Made by a program: the position numbers and the translations under genes
The notes under the pieces: model-generated
Database searches by the model: none
The model's input: the letters and a program-made list of their open reading frames with translations, nothing else
What the model was told of the DNA's origin: nothing
Assembly (NCBI GenBank): GCA_037308085.1
Contig: CP147779.1
Location: 1,280,001-1,344,000 of the forward strand
Source of the DNA: Promethearchaeati archaeon SRVP18_Atabeyarchaeia-1
Lineage (GTDB): Archaea; Asgardarchaeota; Atabeyarchaeia; Atabeyarchaeales; Atabeyarchaeaceae
Reading direction: 5' to 3'
DNA: 64,000 nt
In this document: in pieces, positions 28,877-36,853 of the stretch
Layout: each line of letters opens with the position of its first letter
How positions within the stretch are numbered: position 1 is the stretch's first letter

Positions 28877-30745
28877 TTATTGTCCCCTCAAAGCCAAGTT
28901 TAGGTATTCTCCGTCTTCGCTGTAGACGAGCTCGTGTTTTAGGAAGAGGTCTAGTTTCTCCTTGATGAGCGCCTTGCTCAGATGTGGCAGGGCGTGCTGC
29001 AGAGTGTCCAAAGTCTGGACATCCTCGCACAGTATGAATATGTCTCTTTCGTCATGCTCAAGCGTGAAGATCTTGACCACTTTGTGCGTGCGTTCGTCTC
29101 TTATCTGAAGAAAAGACTTCATGTCATGGTACTCGAGTTCGGGATACTCAGACTGCCACTTGCTCAGTGATTCATCAAGGACTTTTCTGAACTCCACCAA
29201 TTGGCTATAGGTAGTTGCGTTCTGATTCTCCAACTTGAAGGAATAGAAGTATGGGAGAATCAGGTCTCTCATCTTGTCGGGAAGCCACGGAAATATGTCC
29301 TGTCCGAACAGCAGTCTTGCGATCTCGTCTTCGGCGAAGTTTTTCAGGTTCGCTCCGAGGTTTATCGTAACGCCGAATTGCTTCGGGTTTACATACACGG
29401 TAGACCCATAGTTGAGGTTGAAATCAGCAGTCGTGACATACTGGAGTAGATTGCTGCAGCTCTTCATGACCCTGAGCGATGTCTGGAGGTCCTCGACTGT
29501 TTCGCCGGGGAATCCCACTATCACATTTCCACTTACTTTCATACCGAGCTGCTTGCCCCATTTGAGAACCTTTATGTTATCCATAACCCTGGAGTTCTTC
29601 TGCATCTTCCTTAGAAGTGGGTTGCTGAATGACTCAAAGCCAACTTGGAGTCTCTTAAATCCTGCCTTCTGCATTTTCTCAAGCAGTTGCCTGCTGATGT
29701 CTTGGGGACAGGTCTCTGCAAAGAGGTCGAAATCCCGGTCTTCACTTATCAGAAGGTCACACAGCCTCTCAAGGTTCGCGATATTCCCTAATATGTCGAG
29801 GTCGATGAAGACGAAGCGTCGGGTCTTGTGCCTATCACTTTCATAGAGCAACTCTTTGAAAACCTGCTCGGCTGGTCGGGCTCTATATCCAGGAGTTGAA
29901 AAGGAGGTGCAGAATGCGCACTTGCCCCAGGGGCATCCTCTCCCCATTTCTATGAGTAGTTCTTCGATCTTGTCAGAATTCGGATAGTCGCTGTAGTCCG
30001 GAAACGAGAGTGAGGACAGGTCAGATGCCAAGGGTTGTGGAGGGTTTCGGACGACCGTCTCGCCGCGCCTTTGAATTGTTCCTTTGACAGAGCTCATTTT
30101 GATTTCTCGATTTAGGCCCTTGGCCAAGTCCTTGATGATTGGCTCTCCTTCTCCGTCGGCGATGATGTCAATCTGGTTAAAATTCTCGATGAGCTGGACA
30201 CCGAAATTGCCATGGCATGCGAATCCTCCAAAGACGGTTTTCGTGTTAGGGCTCATCGATTTGATTGACGCGGCCAAGTATAGCCCTGGAATGAGTTGCG
30301 TCAGGGTGACAGTTGAGATCCCTACAATCTCAAAGCTTTTCCAATCAATGCTCTCAATCCACTTGTCTGTCCATTCAGTTACCTCTGATTGAAAGAATGA
30401 AAGGCGATCATTGAAGTCGTAGTCGCCATTCTCTTCGACAACTTCTTTGACCATTTTGAGTATTTTCCTGCTTTTGTTATCATAATACTTGGGGAATAAC
30501 ATTGAGGAAAAGGCGTAGAGTGTAAGTATTGCATCTTCAGGCTCAATCGCATCGAGCTCTCCAGACAGAAAGTTGTGGTATTCAGCATTCCAGTGCCGAC
30601 ATGAGCATTCGGTTTTAATTGACAATAGCACGGATTTCAGGTAGCTGGTCGCCAGCGAAGGGTACCAGTAGACCCCACCTACGAATTGAGACACGAGGTG
30701 GTGGATCGGCGGATCCACCAAGATTATTCTAGCTACCAAACCCAA
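28877..30745 (-). CDS. B12-binding radical SAM enzyme, RiPP-maturation type, with C-terminal RRE-like domain
   Basis: B12 domain (VGIS..TQ, VFGG, DGEGE), RGCPWGKCAFC, QVGFESFS, IVGFPGET, C-terminal wHTH-like tail ending YLNLAL. Confidence 0.8.
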   Translation of the reverse strand: MGLVARIILVDPPIHHLVSQFVGGVYWYPSLATSYLKSVLLSIKTECSCRHWNAEYHNFLSGELDAIEPEDAILTLYAFSSMLFPKYYDNKSRKILKMVKEVVEENGDYDFNDRLSFFQSEVTEWTDKWIESIDWKSFEIVGISTVTLTQLIPGLYLAASIKSMSPNTKTVFGGFACHGNFGVQLIENFNQIDIIADGEGEPIIKDLAKGLNREIKMSSVKGTIQRRGETVVRNPPQPLASDLSSLSFPDYSDYPNSDKIEELLIEMGRGCPWGKCAFCTSFSTPGYRARPAEQVFKELLYESDRHKTRRFVFIDLDILGNIANLERLCDLLISEDRDFDLFAETCPQDISRQLLEKMQKAGFKRLQVGFESFSNPLLRKMQKNSRVMDNIKVLKWGKQLGMKVSGNVIVGFPGETVEDLQTSLRVMKSCSNLLQYVTTADFNLNYGSTVYVNPKQFGVTINLGANLKNFAEDEIARLLFGQDIFPWLPDKMRDLILPYFYSFKLENQNATTYSQLVEFRKVLDESLSKWQSEYPELEYHDMKSFLQIRDERTHKVVKIFTLEHDERDIFILCEDVQTLDTLQHALPHLSKALIKEKLDLFLKHELVYSEDGEYLNLALRGQ

Positions 30746-30839
30746 TCCTACCCGATTTCATATTAGTGCTCCTCGTAATCAATCTTGCTATGTCACTTCA
30801 GATCGTGGAAGATTTATGCATCCAGCGACACGGGTGTAC

Positions 30840-30947
30840 GGATATCCGAGCTGATCGAGGCAATAGCGGAAGGAGTAACAAGGTTGCTCGGGCGTGATGG
30901 AGATTACGGGTAGCACAGATCCAAAGACCAAAATAAATATGGGATAC
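30840..30947 (+). repeat. Degenerate ~110 bp direct repeat, copy 1
   Basis: ggatatccgagctgatcgaggcaatagcgga...agaccaaaataaatat; matches 33545-33655. Confidence 0.85.
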
Positions 30948-31038
30948 CCGAAAAGTGATCCCAAAACTCACCCCCCCCTCTTTTTTCTATGTTTCTAAAT
31001 AGCCGCATTCAGCGCTTCCAGTGTACGATGGGAAAACT

Positions 31039-31068
31039 TCCGTCGGGAGCATCTCCGTCAGGAGCATC
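31039..31068 (+). repeat. Two 15-bp tandem repeats
   Basis: tccgtcgggagcatc / tccgtcaggagcatc. Confidence 0.7.
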
Positions 31069-31282
31069 ACCGAGCTTTCGCGCGCGTGGCTCGGGTTCCG
31101 CTTCAAGGTGATCTACACGGAGAATGCAATGTTTAGGGGCGAGTCGTTGGATGGGGCCTGCCCGCGTGAAGCCAAGGTGGTAACGTGGTAGACCGATCAG
31201 ACCATGCGAAGGTATAAATGTGATTCATAGATAGATGCTCTCAGCTGTGTACGTGTCTTCCATTTTGTTTTGGTGATGGGTT

Positions 31283-31981
31283 TTGTCGAGAGACGAGAAC
31301 AATTTCAAGATGTTTGAAAAGGCGCCCTACGCCCTTCCCGACGCGAAGGCGCTGCTGAAGGCACAGACAGATGGAATAAAGGTGCAGGAGAAGATATTTG
31401 GCCCAGTTTTCACGACGAGACTTGTCTCGAGTGCGGTCGAGTTCGCGTCGCGAAAGGTTGGGGAGAAACCGGCTAATGAAGTGAAGACTCTTGATCAGCT
31501 GACGAGCTACCTCCTCTCCTTGACTGCGAGGTACCCGACGCCTTACTGCGCGGTAATGTACGCCCAGCACAGAGTTGAGTGGGACCTACAAGGAAAGGGG
31601 GCACTGGGTCGCGTAGGGGACATGGGCTTCGAGAGGAAATTCGCCGAGGTGCAGAAAGTTGGTGGGAAGATCGTAGACTTCGACAAGATTGTGTCCGACC
31701 TCCGTAGTGCGTCGGTGATGATGAAGCTCAGCCCCAGCGAGTTCGGCTACAGGAAGAACAAGTATGGTGGGGTGGACTTCGTCGTGCCAAACTGCTTTTA
31801 CCTAGACGGGTGCAGGCAAGCGTTAAGAGAGGGCTTGTTGAAGAGACCCGATGGAAGAACGCAGTGCGATCTGGGATCGTCGCTGTGCCAGTTCTTTAAG
31901 GTGGCGACAGGCTCAGAGTATGACTATGACCTGCTGGAAGTGCATGACCCTCGGTGCGTAATCACCTACTATGTGATGTGA
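31283..31981 (+). CDS. Hypothetical protein with Cys-containing C-terminal domain (possibly V4R/MetOD-like)
   Basis: PNCFYLDGC...QC...C...RC pattern; TATA-like gtataaat at ~31212. Confidence 0.6.
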   Translation: MSRDENNFKMFEKAPYALPDAKALLKAQTDGIKVQEKIFGPVFTTRLVSSAVEFASRKVGEKPANEVKTLDQLTSYLLSLTARYPTPYCAVMYAQHRVEWDLQGKGALGRVGDMGFERKFAEVQKVGGKIVDFDKIVSDLRSASVMMKLSPSEFGYRKNKYGGVDFVVPNCFYLDGCRQALREGLLKRPDGRTQCDLGSSLCQFFKVATGSEYDYDLLEVHDPRCVITYYVM

Positions 31982-32368
31982 AGATTCGCCATAAAATGGG
32001 TGAAGCGCGGCAGAATGCTGTGCCGCATCAAGCTTCGTCCATCTTCTTAGTGCACGCTCGAGAAGAACATGCGCGTCGAATTCTACATGCAAGTGCGGAA
32101 GGGCAGCAACGGATCGCCATCGAGTGCGTGCCGGTGAGCGAGGTTCCGGAAGAGCAGGCGCCGCATTAGGCTGTCTGTCTCCCGGCTCCAGCCTAGCGCC
32201 GCGGGAGGGAGGGCAGAGCTCTAAGCGGACATGCTCACTAGAACATATTTATACTTCGTCGGTGAACTACTACGGTAGGGGGGTTCCCTCAGGCAGGGTG
32301 GCCATCCGCGAAAACGCGTGAAAGCCGGGGTTTCATCTTGGGGAAAGCATTAATGGGAGGAGTGGAAC

Positions 32369-33346
32369 ATGAAAATCCTACTAACTGGCGCGTATGGCAA
32401 CGTGGGCAGCTACGTTGTGAAGGAACTGCTGCGCCAGGGGTACGACACGCGCACCTTTGATTTGAGGACGCCCCGCAACGAGGAAGCCGCGGCAGAATAC
32501 GTCAGGCGGATTGAGGCTGTCTGGGGCGATCTGCGAGACATTAAGAGCGTCCGTCGGGCGGTGAAAGGGGCGGACTACGTTCTGCACCTAGGGGCTATCA
32601 TCCCTCCGCTGAGTGACGCCGACCCTGATATGGCGCGGGCTGTCAATATTGGCGGCACCCGCAACCTGCTGACCGCGTGCGAGGCGCAACCAAAGCCCCC
32701 GCGTCTCTTCTTCGTCTCGTCTTTCGACGTGTTCGGTCATACCCAGGCGCTCCCTCCCCCGCGCCGCGCCACCGACCCTGTCGAGGCTACCGATGTCTAT
32801 ACTAAGACCAAAATAGAGGGCGAAAAGATGGTTCGCAAGTCAAGTCTGCCATGGCTTATCGCACGCTTCTCGGATATGCCCATAATAGCCCTGCGCGACC
32901 CCGTCCCAGCAATGTTCGAGATTGGGCTCGACAACCGTTTCGAGACAATGCACCCCGCTGACGGGGCGCTGAGCCTGGTCAACGCGCTAAAAGTAGAGGA
33001 ACTCTGGGGTAATAGGCGGCTACTACTCATCGGCGGCGGACCGAAGTGCCAACTGACCTACCGCGAGTTCCTGTTTACTCTGCTCACCGCTATGGGGATC
33101 GGACCGCTCCCCGAGGAGATCTTCAGCAAGAAGGAGTACGTAACCGACTGGCTGGACACCGAGGAGAGCCAGCGTCTCCTTCGCTACCAGCGCCATTCCT
33201 TCCAGGACATCGCCGCCGAGGTATCTGGTCTCCTCGGCTCGACGGGGCACATTGATCCTTCGGCTCGCGAGTATATACGGCAAGGGGTTATCGAGATGTC
33301 GCCCTACTATAAGAAGCCTCCTCAGAAAAGCTTGAGACACGGATAG
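32369..33346 (+). CDS. NAD-dependent epimerase/dehydratase (extended SDR)
   Basis: ILLTGAYGNVG, GD, HLGA, VNIGGT, YTKTK; visibly GC-richer than flanks. Confidence 0.9.
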   Translation: MKILLTGAYGNVGSYVVKELLRQGYDTRTFDLRTPRNEEAAAEYVRRIEAVWGDLRDIKSVRRAVKGADYVLHLGAIIPPLSDADPDMARAVNIGGTRNLLTACEAQPKPPRLFFVSSFDVFGHTQALPPPRRATDPVEATDVYTKTKIEGEKMVRKSSLPWLIARFSDMPIIALRDPVPAMFEIGLDNRFETMHPADGALSLVNALKVEELWGNRRLLLIGGGPKCQLTYREFLFTLLTAMGIGPLPEEIFSKKEYVTDWLDTEESQRLLRYQRHSFQDIAAEVSGLLGSTGHIDPSAREYIRQGVIEMSPYYKKPPQKSLRHG

Positions 33347-33470
33347 ATGCGAGCCTTCTTGTATCAATCTTCACCCATCCAGTCTCAAGGCCGTAACCGT
33401 CCATGGTGAGCAGGTTTGAGTCCCATGCCACCTTCTCAGCGGGTTTCTTCTCTTTCTCTGGTACTTCTGG
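33328..33470 (-). pseudogene. TnpB (IS200/IS605/IS607 OrfB) fragment, RuvC-I region
   Basis: Translates to KKPAEKVAWDSNLLTMDGY..ETGWVKIDTRRLASIRVSSF. Confidence 0.6.
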
Positions 33471-33544
33471 TGCGTGGATGGAGAGGTCTTGGACGTCGCC
33501 GCTTCCCGCGGGATCAGCTTGGACCCTGAAACCCTGAAGGCTGG

Positions 33545-33655
33545 GGATATCCAAGTTGATCAAGGCAATAGCGGAGGAAGTCACCAGGTTGCTGGAACGC
33601 AACAGTAGGAGTTCAGGGACTCACAAAACAGGAGACCAAAATAAATATAGGGTAC
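33545..33655 (+). repeat. Degenerate ~110 bp direct repeat, copy 2
   Basis: ggatatccaagttgatcaaggcaatagcgga...agaccaaaataaatat. Confidence 0.85.
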
Positions 33656-34124
33656 GACAGCGCAATCGTACCGTACTGTTCCAGAGATCACATTCTGGGA
33701 GAGAATGAAATGAAGGAACAAGTAGTGAGGAAAGGAAGAAGGATCCTCTATAAGAAACTACAGAAAAGGAATTCCAAGACCGTCATGATGGATCCGAGAC
33801 TAGGATACTGATTGATGTCGCTTTTTCTACTAATCCACTGCCAAGCTTGCTCCTTGTAATCTCTAGCTGTAAATGTGAAGACTGTTCTCTTGATGTCTAG
33901 TTTGGCAGCATACTGTTCGTCATTTCCCCTCACGGGAAACCCGGTTGAAGCTCCTCCTAGAGCCAAGCTCACTCTTCTTCATCAGCGAGGTAAAGTATTA
34001 ATCAGCGATAACTGTTAGGAAGACTTAGTGCGCATGTTTGAGTCGAGGCAGACGCCTCAATTGCGCGAGCGTCGGCTTTCAAACATCTGTGCACTATGAT
34101 TATTGCGTGCGTGGCGTTGGTTTC

Positions 34125-35222
34125 ATGGGAGACGTAAGTAGGTTTTTTAAGGCGCATGTAAAGGAAGTCGAACCCTACAATCCGACAGGGATTCTCCGAG
34201 TGCTTTACAAAGACCGCAGCCACTTCGCCAGGATGATGGGTAATGAGAGCCCCTTTCCTCCTTCCCCTAGAGTCAAGGAAGCCATGAATTCTGTTTTCTC
34301 TCAGTTGGGGTGGTACCCGGATTCAACTTACTTCGAGCTACGCGAGGCTCTGTCCAAGTATACTGGGCTCCAGACCGGAAACATCATAGTCGCCAACGGC
34401 TCCACGGAGCTCATAGATCTAATCTCCAGGGCATTCATCGAGACTGGAGACGAGGCCATACTTTCGATACCGACATACTCCGTGTATAGAATGAGGCTCC
34501 GGGTCGCGGGAGCAAGCATCATCGATGTGCCGAAGCTCAAGCCGGATTTCAAGTACGACGTGGAGGGCGTATCGAGCAGGGTCAATCCTCGCACCAGAAT
34601 CATTGTCCTGGTTAGACCGGACAATCCAATTGGCAACCTAATCCCAGAAGATGACGTGGTCAAGGTATTGGACAGCGGCGCCGTCGTCGTGCTCGACGAA
34701 GCCTATTATGAATTCTGCGGAAAGAGTCTGACAAAACTCATTGAGAGGTATGACAACCTGATTATTCTGAGAACACTTTCCAAGGCTTTCAGTCTAGCTG
34801 GTCTAAGAGTCGGTTATGCATTGACGAATAACAAAATCGTGAAGTATCTGGAGAGAGCTAGGCCAGCGTTCACGGTGAGTCTGCTAGCTGAGAAAGCTGC
34901 GGTTGCCGCACTTGGAGACTTGGCGTACTCGCGGAGCAACATACAGAAGATAATTGAAGGCAGGGAATTTCTTCTCAGAGAACTTTCTAAGATAAGAGGG
35001 CTGAGAGTATATCCGTCGGAGACAAACTTTATACTCGTGAAGATGGAGAATAGTAAGCTACCGGTTGGCAAGATCATGATGGGACTTGTCAGCCGTGGAA
35101 TCATTGTGAGGGACTATACTGACGCTAAAGGTTTGCAGGGCGAATACCTGCGCATAACCGTTAGCACAGTGGAAGATAATGCAAACTTCATCAAGGGAAT
35201 CCATGAGTTATTGGAGGTGTAG
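34125..35222 (+). CDS. hisC: Histidinol-phosphate aminotransferase family
   Basis: NESPF, YPD, NGSTELI, P.NP.G, DEAYYEF, LRTLSKAFSLAGLRVGY. Confidence 0.85.
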   Translation: MGDVSRFFKAHVKEVEPYNPTGILRVLYKDRSHFARMMGNESPFPPSPRVKEAMNSVFSQLGWYPDSTYFELREALSKYTGLQTGNIIVANGSTELIDLISRAFIETGDEAILSIPTYSVYRMRLRVAGASIIDVPKLKPDFKYDVEGVSSRVNPRTRIIVLVRPDNPIGNLIPEDDVVKVLDSGAVVVLDEAYYEFCGKSLTKLIERYDNLIILRTLSKAFSLAGLRVGYALTNNKIVKYLERARPAFTVSLLAEKAAVAALGDLAYSRSNIQKIIEGREFLLRELSKIRGLRVYPSETNFILVKMENSKLPVGKIMMGLVSRGIIVRDYTDAKGLQGEYLRITVSTVEDNANFIKGIHELLEV

Positions 35223-35230
35223 AGAGGAGG

Positions 35231-36763
35231 ATGGCTGGAGTGAAATATATTCTGGCACATGATATCGGCACAGAGGTGACCAAGGCTGCCATAGTCGATG
35301 CAGATGGAAAGATGTTGGGAACTGCATCAGAGGAGTATGATGTTCTTTATCCCAACCCGGGTTGGGCAGAACAGGATCCTCAAGTCTATTGGGAAGCTGT
35401 AGTTAGAACAACAAGACAGGTTCTTTCGAAAACCAAGATCAACCCTTCCGAAATAACTGCAATGGTATTTGATGCTATGATGCGCTCAACTATTGCGGTG
35501 GATGAAAAAGGTAAGGCATTGCGACCCGTGCTGCTTTGGCTTGACAGAAGAGCTTCAAAGCAAGCTGACAATTTCATGATGATGTTTGATCTAATGGAAC
35601 TGCTCAAGAGACCTGTGATACCCGTTGCATCACCCACCGATCCCATAGCGAAGATAATGTGGATAAAAGAGAAGGAACCTGAAATCTTTGCCAGAACAAG
35701 TAGGTTCGTGGATGTAAAGGACTATTTGATCTACAAGTGCGTGGGAGATTTCTTCGTGGATTGGAGCTGCGCCTCTATTTACGGATTCATGAACTTGAAC
35801 ACAAAGAAAATGGAGAAAGACATCTTGCAGAAAGTCGGTCTCTCAGAGGAGAAATTAGCCAAGCTTGTAAAAACGACCGATGTAGTAGGCAATTTGACTG
35901 GGCAAGCAGCTCGGGAGCTGGGGCTAACAGAGAAGACCCAGGTTGTCTGTGGCTGTGGGGATGTCGCAGCCGTCGGCATAGGTTCAGGAGCAATAAAGAA
36001 TGGTAGCCCTCACCTCTACATGGGATCGTCTGCTTGGATAGCTCTCCACACGGACAAATTCATGGCCGATCTTTCTGGTGCAGGAACAATATGCTCAGGC
36101 GACCCATCAAAGCTACTTCTCGTAGGAACGACGGATAATGCTGGTAACTGTCTAAAGTGGTTTAAGGACCAACTCTGTGATGCTGAGAGGAAAACCGCTG
36201 AGGCAACTGGCAAGGGTGTTTACCAAGTTCTCGATGAAGAAGCTGCGAAATCATCACCTGGCGCGAACCGTCTTCTTTTCACGCCATGGATGGTTGGCGA
36301 GGGCTGTCCTTTCATAGATCCAAAATGTAGAGGAGGATTCATCAACCTGTCTTTGAATCATACGAAGAGGGATATGACTAGGGCAATACTGGAAGGGGTA
36401 TCATATAACCTGAGATGGATTCAGGAGATCATTGAGGTGAACATGAAGCAGAAGATCTCTACTTTGAACGTAGTTGGAGGAGGAGCCAAAAGTACTGTCT
36501 GGCTTCAAATTCTCACTGACGTGCTTGCCAAACCCCTGAGACAGATCCAGGTTCTGCAGGATGTGGGAACAGTCGGTGCCGCCATGATAGCAGCCGTAGG
36601 GTTAGGCGTCTACAAGGACTTCGATTCGCTTGAGAAGTTGCCCAAAGTGAAGGCTACATACAACCCGAACAAGGACTATGCGAAAACCTATGATGCAATG
36701 TATGATTGCTTCAAAAAGGCCTACAAGGGACTGACCCCAATTCACAACTTACTGAACAGATGA
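35231..36763 (+). CDS. FGGY carbohydrate kinase (xylulokinase-like)
   Basis: HDIGT..TKA, GWAEQDP, WLDRRA, GCGD, RAILEGV, VGGGAKS. Confidence 0.9.
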   Translation: MAGVKYILAHDIGTEVTKAAIVDADGKMLGTASEEYDVLYPNPGWAEQDPQVYWEAVVRTTRQVLSKTKINPSEITAMVFDAMMRSTIAVDEKGKALRPVLLWLDRRASKQADNFMMMFDLMELLKRPVIPVASPTDPIAKIMWIKEKEPEIFARTSRFVDVKDYLIYKCVGDFFVDWSCASIYGFMNLNTKKMEKDILQKVGLSEEKLAKLVKTTDVVGNLTGQAARELGLTEKTQVVCGCGDVAAVGIGSGAIKNGSPHLYMGSSAWIALHTDKFMADLSGAGTICSGDPSKLLLVGTTDNAGNCLKWFKDQLCDAERKTAEATGKGVYQVLDEEAAKSSPGANRLLFTPWMVGEGCPFIDPKCRGGFINLSLNHTKRDMTRAILEGVSYNLRWIQEIIEVNMKQKISTLNVVGGGAKSTVWLQILTDVLAKPLRQIQVLQDVGTVGAAMIAAVGLGVYKDFDSLEKLPKVKATYNPNKDYAKTYDAMYDCFKKAYKGLTPIHNLLNR

Positions 36764-36853
36764 GAAAGTGGATGCAAACTGTGCAATAGGGAGAGCTATT
36801 CCTCCCGCCTTTCTTTTCAGGCGCCTGCCTACCTGTATGCTTGTTGTACGGTA

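Noticed and set aside
30789-30798. tatgtcactt identical to half of the 4631 palindrome, upstream of the rSAM gene
   Set aside because: Single half-site; compatible with chance.
32262-32300. gtgaactac... resembling an IS200/IS605-type end hairpin
   Set aside because: Too degenerate; the expected stem is not preserved.
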